This document shows positions 17,556 through 27,546 of a stretch of 64,000 nucleotides of DNA, one piece after another; positions within the stretch are counted from its first letter, which is position 1; each line of letters begins with the position of its first letter. Source of the DNA: Clostridia bacterium (GTDB taxonomy: Bacteria; Bacillota; Clostridia; Lachnospirales; Anaerotignaceae); the NCBI GenBank assembly GCA_009929735.1, contig RZZU01000012.1, forward strand, positions 6,894-70,893, written 5' to 3'. A program made the translations under genes and the position numbers. Under the pieces are notes generated by a model. It saw only the letters and a program-made list of their open reading frames with translations. It ran no database searches and was not told the DNA's origin.

Positions 17556-19739
17556 TTAATCAACGCCTAAAACTTTAAACACTGCTTCTTGAGGTGTATT
17601 ATAAAATATAATGCTAAATGCTCCCATTAATTCTGCTGGGACTGTCGCCATATCAGAAGCCGAAGTTATTGGCAAAAGTACTTTTTTTGCACCGCTATCC
17701 AAACAAACCTGCAATATACTAGCTAGATCATCGACTTTCATAATGGTACCGCTAATGCTTGTATCACCGAGAACTGCCAAACTGGATAATGTTGGTTTAT
17801 TAAGCGCAGCAGAGCAAATAGCAATTACTGTAGGTAGTGTTAAATACTTTGTCATTCCAATGCCTTGCAAGTCGCTATAATTGATAATGTAATCTTTTGT
17901 AGTTGTGCTTATGGAACTACTAATGCTATTTGCATTGGCTTTTAAGTAGTTAAGAGCTGTATTGGTTGCTTCTTTTGCTTCTCTGTCTGCACCAAGCCCT
18001 GTTCTTTCAAACTTCCCATTACCCGGCAACACTTGGGTTTCTAAGCGATAGACTCCTGCCATACCAGATTTCCCCCTTGATACGGTATAAATATTTCCGG
18101 GATTCAACATACCTTCTGGTATCAGTTTTCCGCCACCTTGTTCAGGAACAGATACATAATGCTCTTCAAAAGTTTCTGCATCAATATAAGAGAAATTGAC
18201 ATCATAGAATTCCATACCACCGATTTTTTTCATTTGTTCTTTTACTCTCCGTCGTAGTTCTAAAGCAATAGTGATGATTTCAGCAATATCTTCTTTTGAA
18301 TAATCAGCATTAGGATATACCAATTTTGTGAAACCAGATATTATTTTTCTAACTGCAATTACATCACGTTGATTTAGATTATTTCCAAATCTAAAGTACT
18401 TATCGCTTACATCACTAAATTGTTCTTTACGCATCTCACGCATAAACTCTGAAAAATAGTCTGTAATAAAGCCATACTCATTCGTGAAAAAGTCAGGTCT
18501 ATACTTTGGTATTTCCCAACCAGGAACATAGCAATGCATACGGTCAAGAAAAGCTGTATCATAACCTATTGCTTCCGGAAATGGTTCAAATAAGTGCGAT
18601 GATTTTAATAGCACATCTACACTCTGATTAATATTTCCTACAAAAACCATTGATGCACTAGCGGCTTTTTCTTCTTTACCACGAGCAAAAGAACCTGATG
18701 CCATATAGTCTTTCATGATCTGTATGCCATCTTTATCCTTAAATGTAATGCCAGCTACTTCATCAAAAGCAACACAGTCCCACATACCAACAAGACCAAC
18801 CGTTTTAGTTGTCATATTATAAAATAAGTTAGCAACTGTAGTTTGTCCACCAGACACTAAAATTGAGTTTGGCGAAATTTCTTTATATATATGAGATTTA
18901 CCAGTACTACGAGGTCCAAGCTCACATAGATTAAAGTTATTCTCAACAAGAGGTATCATACGAGCAAGTAACATCCATTTTTCACGGTCAGTAAACTTGT
19001 CTACTTCCATACCAGTAGAACGCAGGAGAACAGAAATCCATTCTTCTTTCGTAAAATAATGTCTTGCTTCTTTTATTTCTGACAAATCTATATATGGCAT
19101 TTGAATAGGTGTGAGTTTATCAATCATAATTGGAGATTTATCTTTAGCCTTAACAAGTTCGACTTCCCCAAAAATATTATCGTGCTCTTCGTATCTATCA
19201 TCCATTTTTACATAATTTAAGCTTACAATACACCATATACCACCACATAAAAGACGTTCATATTTTGAAACATCATTCTCACTCACAATAATTTGATTTA
19301 TACCTAAATTAGAAAACTCAGCTACATACACATCCTTCTTTATATCTAATTTTACAGAAACTTTATCAATAACCGTATGACGCCCATATTCTCTTAACCT
19401 AGCCATAATTTTCTGTGATTCATCTGGTCTAACGAAGTTCTCAGATAATATCTTCTTAACTGTTTTAACACCATCTTCTATAATGTCCGAATCATCTGAA
19501 CTACAATATTGCCCCAAAAGGAACTCTAAAACATAAATAGGTACATTAGCACCCTCTTTGATTGACTTAGTCAAATCCTTGCGTACAATTTTGCCATCAA
19601 AATATTGACGTAACTTTTTATTGATAATTTCATTGGAGGAGGGCTCATCTCCTAATGTGATTTTATCTTCATTACTATTTGGTTCATTTAACATAGATAG
19701 AATTTCCCCTCTCTCACTAGATGTTAAATCCGAAATCAT
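17556..19739 (-). CDS. brxL: BREX BrxL (Lon-like protease/ATPase)
   Basis: 727 aa. Walker A ELGPRSTGKSH and a C-terminal Lon-protease-like domain. Last gene of the BREX operon, overlapping the pglZ end by 23 nt. Confidence 0.85.
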   Translation of the reverse strand: MISDLTSSERGEILSMLNEPNSNEDKITLGDEPSSNEIINKKLRQYFDGKIVRKDLTKSIKEGANVPIYVLEFLLGQYCSSDDSDIIEDGVKTVKKILSENFVRPDESQKIMARLREYGRHTVIDKVSVKLDIKKDVYVAEFSNLGINQIIVSENDVSKYERLLCGGIWCIVSLNYVKMDDRYEEHDNIFGEVELVKAKDKSPIMIDKLTPIQMPYIDLSEIKEARHYFTKEEWISVLLRSTGMEVDKFTDREKWMLLARMIPLVENNFNLCELGPRSTGKSHIYKEISPNSILVSGGQTTVANLFYNMTTKTVGLVGMWDCVAFDEVAGITFKDKDGIQIMKDYMASGSFARGKEEKAASASMVFVGNINQSVDVLLKSSHLFEPFPEAIGYDTAFLDRMHCYVPGWEIPKYRPDFFTNEYGFITDYFSEFMREMRKEQFSDVSDKYFRFGNNLNQRDVIAVRKIISGFTKLVYPNADYSKEDIAEIITIALELRRRVKEQMKKIGGMEFYDVNFSYIDAETFEEHYVSVPEQGGGKLIPEGMLNPGNIYTVSRGKSGMAGVYRLETQVLPGNGKFERTGLGADREAKEATNTALNYLKANANSISSSISTTTKDYIINYSDLQGIGMTKYLTLPTVIAICSAALNKPTLSSLAVLGDTSISGTIMKVDDLASILQVCLDSGAKKVLLPITSASDMATVPAELMGAFSIIFYNTPQEAVFKVLGVD

Positions 19740-22230
19740 CTACAAATGCCAAATCCATCTGGACTTCATGCCTTATCACTTCAAGAGCATTTTTTTCGTC
19801 ATAGGCTACAAGATAATACTTTCGGTTTTTATCATATTGCTTGTTTTTGAAATTAAACCTCAAGCGGAATATTCTTTTGCTTGCATCGGTATCTTTTTTA
19901 TCTGCAACATAAATATTGTCGTTAGAGATTTTCTCATTGTCATCAGAAATAAAGAACACCTTATAAACAGTCTCCTTATTTACATCAGTAACAGCATCAC
20001 TTTGTATAAAATCAAGGTTCGTTGTAAGATTTGTAATCTTGTGAACAAGGCTTACAAGAGAAATAGAAACTGCCTTTATTTCTGTATGGTATTTGTTGGT
20101 ACGTACATCAATTACAGGAATAAGCATCTCTTGAAGTGACGCACCCCCATGCACAAAGTTAAGACCACCACCGGGCACTTTGAAAATATCACTACCTATT
20201 GGGAATGAAATAATTCTTGCATCTTGATTTCTTAAAACTTCGCCCAGTGCTACTGTGCCAATACCATCGGCATTCGTTGCTGCATCACCTACAACATACC
20301 TTTTTCCCACGAGAGCATTTTTCTGTGACAATCCACTTATTTTATCACTCTCTAACAATTTATCTCGCTTATATATAAAACCATGGTCAGCAGTGATGAT
20401 GAAATGTGTGTTGCTTGCACTGGTAAGTCGTTTAATCATTGTATGGATTTCTTCCACAGCTTCCTCACAGGCATTAAATACTTCATTTTCTGTTTTCAAA
20501 TCATCCCCACGAGCGTCTATTTGGTCATGGTAAACGTATACAACATCTTGTCCTGTGGTAACCTCTTTAGCAATTATGGTTGTAGTTATATCATCAAACC
20601 GTATCGTTTTACTCTTAGGTGAATAGCTTTGTAAAATTTGCTCACGGCTTTTAAGGTCATCACAAATTTTGCCATCAACCAAAACTCTAAAATCTTCTCC
20701 CATAGTAAGTTCTTTATGTGGTAGGAGTGCCGACATGCCAAACCTTGTGTAAGAAGGCAGAACACTCTGCATGGGGGTTATAGTAGCCGTGCATTTCTCA
20801 TCTTCAGTTAGACGTTTCATTAGAGTTTGTCCCACTTCAAACCGCAGTGCATCAGAGATAATTACAATGATTCTTTCTTTTACGTTTTTAACATATTTAT
20901 TGTAGAAATCCTGTTGTTTTGTAAGACCTGTTTCACCCTTGCACTCTACAAACTCATTGTTCCAAGCAACAGACAGCGGGTTTAGATATTCATTTGTGTA
21001 GATATTCTCTACAAGCTCTCGCAAATTATCATACATTGCATTGTTTGTAATTTTATCATAATGATAGTAAAAATAGCGGTACCGTTGGTCGAGCACATAA
21101 TCTGCGGATACATAGCGTTCCCACATGTTTTGCACAGTCTTTTCAGGCTCAAAGTGAGCCGCCATAATTAAATGATAGGCATTTTCTATGATGTAGTAAT
21201 GAGAAAAATAAAGGTTGCCATAGTGCAGTTTCCTTCTCATCCTACAGATTTCTGGAATAGAGAGTCCTGAAAGCTTTGCATCAGTATCTTCATTTTCAAG
21301 TCTTGCAATTAGCCATTTAATAATAAAAATATCCGTCTTGCGGAAAATTTCAAGCTCTGCAAAGCTACTGACTTCGAAACTTTTTAGAACAGACTCAATA
21401 TTTACCGTGTTATAAGTAAGCTCTGACAATTTGTCAAAGTTATCCCGGAAGATAACACTGTTCATCATACTGTCTACAAAGGCAATAATATTTCCCGATT
21501 TGAAAGAGCAATAGTTTTTGAGTGACTGTGGAAGCTCACGATGAATCACCTTTGCGAAGTAGGTTACAAAAAGCGTATATACAAATTTAGATAAGGTTGG
21601 CTGCACATCTGTATATCCAAAGGTTTCCTCGCACATTCTCCAAAATGGGATTATTAGGTCATAATTACCGAGAAGCTCCATGTACTTATTGTTCTCCAGC
21701 TCACCGTTGGTGATGATTGTACGAACAAGCTCCTCAAAAGAAACCACCTTTGTTCTGCATAATACACTCATCATTGCCACTTCAATTACATTCTCATTCC
21801 AGTTCTCTATCTCTAAATTATAGAACCTCTGTGTTCTCCCTTTTTCACCAAAGAAACTGATATAGTTCTGCAATACAGGTTTGTACTTTTCATCAATCCC
21901 TAAATCTATAGAAATTAGAGAGGCTCTATCAGCAAAAAACTCTTTAGAATAACGGATTGTATCCGCAAGATGATTATCACAAAGAGCAGGTTTCGGAAAT
22001 GGAGCATAAATCAAATAGTTTGTGTGCATATCCACACGCTCTAAAAAGTATTTGGTATAAAACTGGTTATCCTTTTCAAGGTGAAAAACCTTGGCATTAG
22101 GTAGTTCCATAGAGTCTATATCATCTACAAACTCAGCGTTTGCATCATACCAAAATATAAGTTTTCTACTTTCACCGACAAACTCGGCATTAAGCTTGTC
22201 GGTAATTTGTTTTAAATTAAGTTCTGTCAT
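19717..22230 (-). CDS. pglZ: BREX PglZ (alkaline-phosphatase-superfamily protein)
   Basis: 837 aa. PglZ-type motifs IIVIISDALRFEVG and HFIITADHGFIY. Positioned between pglX and brxL. Confidence 0.85.
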   Translation of the reverse strand: MTELNLKQITDKLNAEFVGESRKLIFWYDANAEFVDDIDSMELPNAKVFHLEKDNQFYTKYFLERVDMHTNYLIYAPFPKPALCDNHLADTIRYSKEFFADRASLISIDLGIDEKYKPVLQNYISFFGEKGRTQRFYNLEIENWNENVIEVAMMSVLCRTKVVSFEELVRTIITNGELENNKYMELLGNYDLIIPFWRMCEETFGYTDVQPTLSKFVYTLFVTYFAKVIHRELPQSLKNYCSFKSGNIIAFVDSMMNSVIFRDNFDKLSELTYNTVNIESVLKSFEVSSFAELEIFRKTDIFIIKWLIARLENEDTDAKLSGLSIPEICRMRRKLHYGNLYFSHYYIIENAYHLIMAAHFEPEKTVQNMWERYVSADYVLDQRYRYFYYHYDKITNNAMYDNLRELVENIYTNEYLNPLSVAWNNEFVECKGETGLTKQQDFYNKYVKNVKERIIVIISDALRFEVGQTLMKRLTEDEKCTATITPMQSVLPSYTRFGMSALLPHKELTMGEDFRVLVDGKICDDLKSREQILQSYSPKSKTIRFDDITTTIIAKEVTTGQDVVYVYHDQIDARGDDLKTENEVFNACEEAVEEIHTMIKRLTSASNTHFIITADHGFIYKRDKLLESDKISGLSQKNALVGKRYVVGDAATNADGIGTVALGEVLRNQDARIISFPIGSDIFKVPGGGLNFVHGGASLQEMLIPVIDVRTNKYHTEIKAVSISLVSLVHKITNLTTNLDFIQSDAVTDVNKETVYKVFFISDDNEKISNDNIYVADKKDTDASKRIFRLRFNFKNKQYDKNRKYYLVAYDEKNALEVIRHEVQMDLAFVDDFGFNI

Positions 22231-22242
22231 CTTGTTTGCCTC

Positions 22243-22548
22243 CTAAAAAGGTAGCCATTCCCTTATTTCTTTAAGCCCTTTGTATGTTTTCATTGATGCC
22301 GAATTGTTGTGTAAATACTCCATTCCTTTGACTGTCAGTTTTGTTCCTTCTAAAAATCCAATCAAAATTTGATGACTTTTTCCACCTTTTGTAAAGTTTG
22401 CACCTTTTATAAGTCCTTCATCTTGACACGCTTCAACGATGTCCCAATATTCCCAATTTTCAATACCATATTCACTTGCGTTCGGAATATTGCCGTCGTT
22501 TACTTCTCTCATAAAACTTAGCATTACTTTTAATTTATCAATAGCCAT
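22243..22548 (-). CDS. YjcQ-like small winged-helix protein inserted between pglX and pglZ
   Basis: Likely start MAIDKLKVML (ATG 22548) with AGGAGG upstream. The product (...GIENWEYWDIVEACQDEGLIKGANFTKGG...LTVKGMEYLHNNSASMKTYKGLKEIREWLPF) matches my memory of the SPbeta YjcQ family. Confidence 0.6.
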   Translation of the reverse strand: MAIDKLKVMLSFMREVNDGNIPNASEYGIENWEYWDIVEACQDEGLIKGANFTKGGKSHQILIGFLEGTKLTVKGMEYLHNNSASMKTYKGLKEIREWLPF

Positions 22549-22558
22549 TATTCTCCTC

Positions 22559-25500
22559 CTAAATCTTCCCAAGAATATCAAGTTTTTTCCCGTCTTGTCC
22601 TGTTTGCACTTTTTCGTAGTTTACCTTTACACCATCATCCAAGTCAATGGTAATACGAGATAGTGCAAGGTGGGCAATTTTCTCGTCATATTCTTTGGTT
22701 TCTTTCAGCTGTTTTACAATCTTTTCTTTTCGCTTTTCTGCCTGTGCTACCTCACGATCATTCTTTGAGTTATCCACCATGTCTTGCATACGCTCAATCT
22801 CACTTATATATGTTTTTTGCATTCTGTGGAGATAGTCTACACGCACAAGTCCTGTAGTGTCGGCAGTGTAACGGTGCATATACACAAGTGCCTTAAAGCC
22901 GTCCTGCTTGCCACTGTTATATAACCAATAAATAGGTCTCTTTTGATATATCTTGACATGGTCTTTGTAGAAATCCTTTATAAAATAATTGCGGATAATC
23001 TCTCTTGAAGTGTTGCCCTTGTTACCCAGTGCCTTTGCTATAAAATCAAGGTTTTCTTCCAAGGTTTCAGCACCATACACTTTCTTTACAAATGCCACAA
23101 ACAAACCAACGATATCATCTTCAAAATATTCTTCGTCAGTGATAGGAATACAGTTATCGGCATCGGGAATGAAGGTGCTATATTTGATATCGTCCCAGTC
23201 ACCGCCAGCATAGACAAGACCGTCTACATCGAGGGAGTAACGACCAAACATACAACCCACAGCGTAGGAAACAAAGGATTTTACAACCTCTTGCTTAGTT
23301 AGCAGATAATTGGAGTTTTTCATACTTTCGGGTGCTGTGTCCTTGCTGTCGCAGATGTAATGGACGGTAACATCTTTGTCATCCACATTTGGGGTTAAAT
23401 CGTCCTTCAAACCGTAGATCTCAATGAAAACACGGTTTAGTTCTTCTTCGTTGGCCTTTAATTCTTTAAATTGTTTTTCACATATGTCTTGCCATATTTT
23501 AAATGCTGATTGTATGGTATAGTTTTGCGGTGCATTTTTTTCATACACTTTTAAATTTCCGTTCGAATTATCAACTCCAAAATTGATACTCGATAGATAT
23601 ACTCCATTTTCCACATCACCCAGACCACCATACAAAGAAACGCCATATTTTAATAATGGATGCTTTACAAAATCCCATGAGGTTTCAAAGCTGTCCCAGT
23701 CGGTTTTGGAGAGGGAGATGTTTTGTTCGACCAGTTTGTCAACGGTTTCTCTATATTGAAATTTAGGTAAAGGTATTTTACCTATTGGCCCTTGGTTAAA
23801 ATCAAGCGTTGGAGCAAGTATTTGCAAAAAACACATTATGGAATTACTGTTAACCAATCCAAGCAAGAAAAACATATTTTCTTTATTTAGCGGATAGCAT
23901 ACCGGACCTTTAGAATCAAATAAATATCCAGTTGGAAGGTAACGAAATGATATGTTGCCACTTGTTAAGGCACTCCACGCTAACCCTTGTTTAAAATAAT
24001 AAGATGGATTTCGTATTACACTTCCAGAAAATGCTTTAATATCAAAGCCTTCATTTTCCCAATTCACATAATACTCTCCATTGCCATACCATTTTCTATA
24101 TGAACCACCTTTTGAATATGGGAACCATTTTTTATTTACATTACCTGTTGATATTTCAAACCACATCTTCAGAAATCTATTATTATCCCCTGTTGCCATG
24201 CCTTGTCGTGGTTCGGCAAATTCTCCCAATGATTTATTATTAGAAAATATATCAAATATAGCTTGTTTAACCCAATACGCAATGGGTGAGCCAGGAATTT
24301 TAGAGAAGTTTTCTTGATGTGCTATGTGCAAATCATTTTTTGCAAGGAAAGCATTTTCTTTTTCTTGTTGGCTGTTATAATTCACTAAGCGTGTAAAGAT
24401 TGCTTTGTAGTCTTTGATATTGCTTTTACGCATTACAAAAGATGTAGTTTGTACCACTTCGCCACCAATTTCTTCAAAAGCTCTTGCACCTAAATGCGCC
24501 ATATTTATAAAATCGGTATTGAGTAGCTTTCCACGCAATTTTTCATAGCTTGATAAAAACATAAATGCGTGTTGGGTTATCATAGCTATGTAAGCGTTTT
24601 GTTTTGCCATTTGCAAACATTTTTCAATAAACACAGCAAACAAATCTGACTTGCTATCAGGGTAGTTTTTCTTTACATAGTCAGATAGTTTTGCATTCAT
24701 GCCACTTGCCCCCATATATGGCGGGTTAGTGATAACAACATCATATTTTTGGTTTACAATATATTGTAACTTTATTTTGTCTTTAATTTCTTTTCGCTTT
24801 TCTTCCCAAGTCAAAGCAAATTCAATTCCAAAGTCAACATCTCTTTTACTATCAATCAACTGTAAAATCTCTTTATAATCAATAGGCGAACATTCAATTA
24901 ATGAACCTACAAGGGAGGAATTTTCTGTTTCTTGTAAATACTCAAGCATTTGTTTTGAATTGTATTTATTAGCAAATTCATAATCTATATTAGACGATGT
25001 ATAGATTAAATTAAGAGATATTCCACGAGTTAAAAATCTCCTGTCATATTGTCTTGCTTTCATCATCAATGCAAAATATGCAAGCTGATATGCTCTTTTA
25101 TCAATGTCAATACCGTACAAGTTGTTTTCTATAATAGACTGTGCTGCATCTCTTTGTGTATAACCTTGGCTTTCGTAAATCTGCATCAGCACATCAAAAG
25201 CATACACTAAAATATGCCCACTACCCATACAAGGGTCTATAAGCTTTATATCCTCAGGCGTAATCTTTTTGTATTCTGCTCTTATTTTTTCAAATTCCGT
25301 TTGTACGGCTTCTTCTTGTTCCGCTTCATCAAGATAGTATTTCCAATCAGCTTTTAAGTCGTCATTGGGGTGTCCCTCCAACCACAAACGGCCGAGGGAG
25401 TTTTCTGTCATATAACGCACAATCCAGTCGGGAGTAAAAAGCTGGGTAGCTGCGGGAATATGCTCTTTTGTGATTTTTACGTTCTTTTTAAGAAGTGCAA

Positions 25501-26221
25501 ATACTTGCTCTTTTGGCTCGGTATTGTAATACTGATACAACCAACCGATAATCTCAACTGCTTCTTTAAAATCATCTTCTGCAATGTCATTTACAAGGTG
25601 GCTAATAATGCCGTCTTTATCCGTAAAAGAGATATTCAGCAAAAACTCGGTATAGTCGTTTGTTTTTTCAAAAAGCTCTGGTAACACTTCATTTAGCTTA
25701 TTGCACTGCTTAATAAACAGCATACGAAACAGCTCGTCCAGCTTGTTTTCGTCTTTGAGCTGCACAATTCTATCTGTTTCAAAGGAGCTAAACTCCATAT
25801 CGGTTTCAAAAGGAGTGGTTACCATATCAGGCTCTGCCTTGCCACTCATTTCACTGGAAAGCACACGCACACGAGAGGGTAAATAGTCATTGACCTCCAT
25901 AAAACGAATAGCCACAAGGCGGTTAAACCAAGTGTAGGCAACTTCTTCTACCACAAACTGAAATGCAGTTTTGTAGTCGGAGGTGTTTTCTGTTTCTTCA
26001 ATTTTCTTAACTAAAGCCTTTCTTTGCTTGACTTCGACCCCGGTAAGTTCAGTTGGCTTGCCTGTGCCAACGTCATAGAACTCGATATTATCGGTAGAAA
26101 TTGGAAGTGGCGATAATTTACCCCCTTCACTAATACCGATAAGCCCTGCTTTATATGTTATTTCACTGATGAGCTTTCGTCTTGCCCATACAGCAAAGTT
26201 TTTAATGGCTGTTTTATTCAT
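22559..26221 (-). CDS. pglX: BREX PglX N6-adenine DNA methyltransferase
   Basis: About 1220 aa from MNKTAIKNFAVWARRKLI (ATG 26221, GGAGGG SD). SAM motif DPCMGSGHIL and catalytic VVITNPPYMG. Confidence 0.9.
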   Translation of the reverse strand: MNKTAIKNFAVWARRKLISEITYKAGLIGISEGGKLSPLPISTDNIEFYDVGTGKPTELTGVEVKQRKALVKKIEETENTSDYKTAFQFVVEEVAYTWFNRLVAIRFMEVNDYLPSRVRVLSSEMSGKAEPDMVTTPFETDMEFSSFETDRIVQLKDENKLDELFRMLFIKQCNKLNEVLPELFEKTNDYTEFLLNISFTDKDGIISHLVNDIAEDDFKEAVEIIGWLYQYYNTEPKEQVFALLKKNVKITKEHIPAATQLFTPDWIVRYMTENSLGRLWLEGHPNDDLKADWKYYLDEAEQEEAVQTEFEKIRAEYKKITPEDIKLIDPCMGSGHILVYAFDVLMQIYESQGYTQRDAAQSIIENNLYGIDIDKRAYQLAYFALMMKARQYDRRFLTRGISLNLIYTSSNIDYEFANKYNSKQMLEYLQETENSSLVGSLIECSPIDYKEILQLIDSKRDVDFGIEFALTWEEKRKEIKDKIKLQYIVNQKYDVVITNPPYMGASGMNAKLSDYVKKNYPDSKSDLFAVFIEKCLQMAKQNAYIAMITQHAFMFLSSYEKLRGKLLNTDFINMAHLGARAFEEIGGEVVQTTSFVMRKSNIKDYKAIFTRLVNYNSQQEKENAFLAKNDLHIAHQENFSKIPGSPIAYWVKQAIFDIFSNNKSLGEFAEPRQGMATGDNNRFLKMWFEISTGNVNKKWFPYSKGGSYRKWYGNGEYYVNWENEGFDIKAFSGSVIRNPSYYFKQGLAWSALTSGNISFRYLPTGYLFDSKGPVCYPLNKENMFFLLGLVNSNSIMCFLQILAPTLDFNQGPIGKIPLPKFQYRETVDKLVEQNISLSKTDWDSFETSWDFVKHPLLKYGVSLYGGLGDVENGVYLSSINFGVDNSNGNLKVYEKNAPQNYTIQSAFKIWQDICEKQFKELKANEEELNRVFIEIYGLKDDLTPNVDDKDVTVHYICDSKDTAPESMKNSNYLLTKQEVVKSFVSYAVGCMFGRYSLDVDGLVYAGGDWDDIKYSTFIPDADNCIPITDEEYFEDDIVGLFVAFVKKVYGAETLEENLDFIAKALGNKGNTSREIIRNYFIKDFYKDHVKIYQKRPIYWLYNSGKQDGFKALVYMHRYTADTTGLVRVDYLHRMQKTYISEIERMQDMVDNSKNDREVAQAEKRKEKIVKQLKETKEYDEKIAHLALSRITIDLDDGVKVNYEKVQTGQDGKKLDILGKI

Positions 26222-26234
26222 GGTGTGCCCTCCT

Positions 26235-27077
26235 TCATTGGATGTTATTAAAAAACACTTCCACAGCATTTACAAGCTCATTCCAGTCAAAACTATCTAC
26301 AGCTTGAACAGATGCACTAACGATAGCTTTTGTAGCTAATTGCTCCACAAAAGTTTTAACTCCTATTAATGCCTTTTTAAACCTACTTTTTTTTGGCACA
26401 TCTGATTGAATTTGCTCACTTAAAACTTCTAAGTCATCTTGAACTTCTTCTCTTAAATCATCATCTATATCTATAGATTTAACAACACTTATTGCTTTTG
26501 ATAGCAATTCAAATAATTTTTCATTATCACCTATGGTAACATTATTTATAGATGTGATTACACTACCAACATTGGTAGTTCCATAATTAGTCCCATTAAA
26601 GTTTTGGGTTATACTTGGTATTGTCACTTTTTCTTCCTCCAAGAGCATCATTTCTTTTGTAATGCTATCGTTAATAAAATCGATTAATGCTTTGAAAGCA
26701 TCATCTACAAAATTTTGAATAATGTCATCATACTTTTTAGCAGAATGAAAGTATGAAAGTGCAGCACCAAGCACATTACTACCGTTTCCTACTATTGTGC
26801 TCATATAATCATACATAGCTTTTATATGACACGCTTCATCCACTGGAACAACTATCTGATTCCATCCACCATTCTCATTTATAAAGCAAGACGTGTACTC
26901 GTAATCAATATTAGATATTTTCTTTTGAACTATATTTGAAATAAAAGGGTTTGAGTCGATGAAATTCTTAAATCTTTGTATGTTTGCACTTGCAGTTTCA
27001 TTTGTTGACCTTAGTAAATTACTGGATATTCTTCTAAAGTCTAAACTCAACTCCCTTAACTCTCTTTTTGTAATCAT
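26235..27077 (-). CDS. Hypothetical 280-aa protein embedded in BREX (function unknown)
   Basis: Start MITKRELREL at ATG 27077 forms an ATGA overlap with the stop of the upstream Zn-ribbon gene. Acidic helical C-terminus and no recognisable catalytic motif. Visibly more AT-rich than brxC and pglX. Confidence 0.6.
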   Translation of the reverse strand: MITKRELRELSLDFRRISSNLLRSTNETASANIQRFKNFIDSNPFISNIVQKKISNIDYEYTSCFINENGGWNQIVVPVDEACHIKAMYDYMSTIVGNGSNVLGAALSYFHSAKKYDDIIQNFVDDAFKALIDFINDSITKEMMLLEEEKVTIPSITQNFNGTNYGTTNVGSVITSINNVTIGDNEKLFELLSKAISVVKSIDIDDDLREEVQDDLEVLSEQIQSDVPKKSRFKKALIGVKTFVEQLATKAIVSASVQAVDSFDWNELVNAVEVFFNNIQ

Positions 27078-27535
27078 AGATCCACCCCACAATACGAACA
27101 AAATATTTTTGATATTCCCGCACAATATAGAACTTTCATATGATGGTTACAACATCCACATTTAAATTCTGTCTCAACGGTATCTTTATCTTTTAGTTCC
27201 TTTACGTACACTTTTTCAAGAGGCTTAAAAGACATTTTAATAATACTTCCATGCTTGTTTAAAGAGCGTTGCATAGAACCAAAGGTTTTATTTAATTCTT
27301 CCATCATATAATTCATAGCTATTGCTTGTGCTTTCTCTATTACTTCATCTGTATAAAAGGAACGAGTACTGTTAGACAATCCGCAATATGGGCAATACAA
27401 CTCATGAAATGGTTCATCAGCACTTTGAAATTCATCAGCACTAAGTTTAAATTCTGAGGAACAATATGGACAAGAAAAAGTTACATATCCATCACTATCC
27501 CCTTGAATAGTAAATTTAAATTGAACATCACTCAT
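27074..27535 (-). CDS. Hypothetical 153-aa protein with four CxxC pairs (two zinc ribbons) embedded in BREX
   Basis: CPYC...CPYC in the N-terminal third and CGCC...CSYC at the C-terminus. Starts 11 nt after the brxC stop. Confidence 0.6.
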   Translation of the reverse strand: MSDVQFKFTIQGDSDGYVTFSCPYCSSEFKLSADEFQSADEPFHELYCPYCGLSNSTRSFYTDEVIEKAQAIAMNYMMEELNKTFGSMQRSLNKHGSIIKMSFKPLEKVYVKELKDKDTVETEFKCGCCNHHMKVLYCAGISKIFCSYCGVDL

Positions 27536-27546
27536 TTAAAGCCCTC

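Noticed and set aside
22559-26221. Looked for pglX phase-variation signatures (long poly-G/poly-A tracts, inverted partial pglX copies)
   Set aside because: Only short homopolymers (7 nt or fewer) are present, and there are no duplicated pglX segments or invertase in the window.
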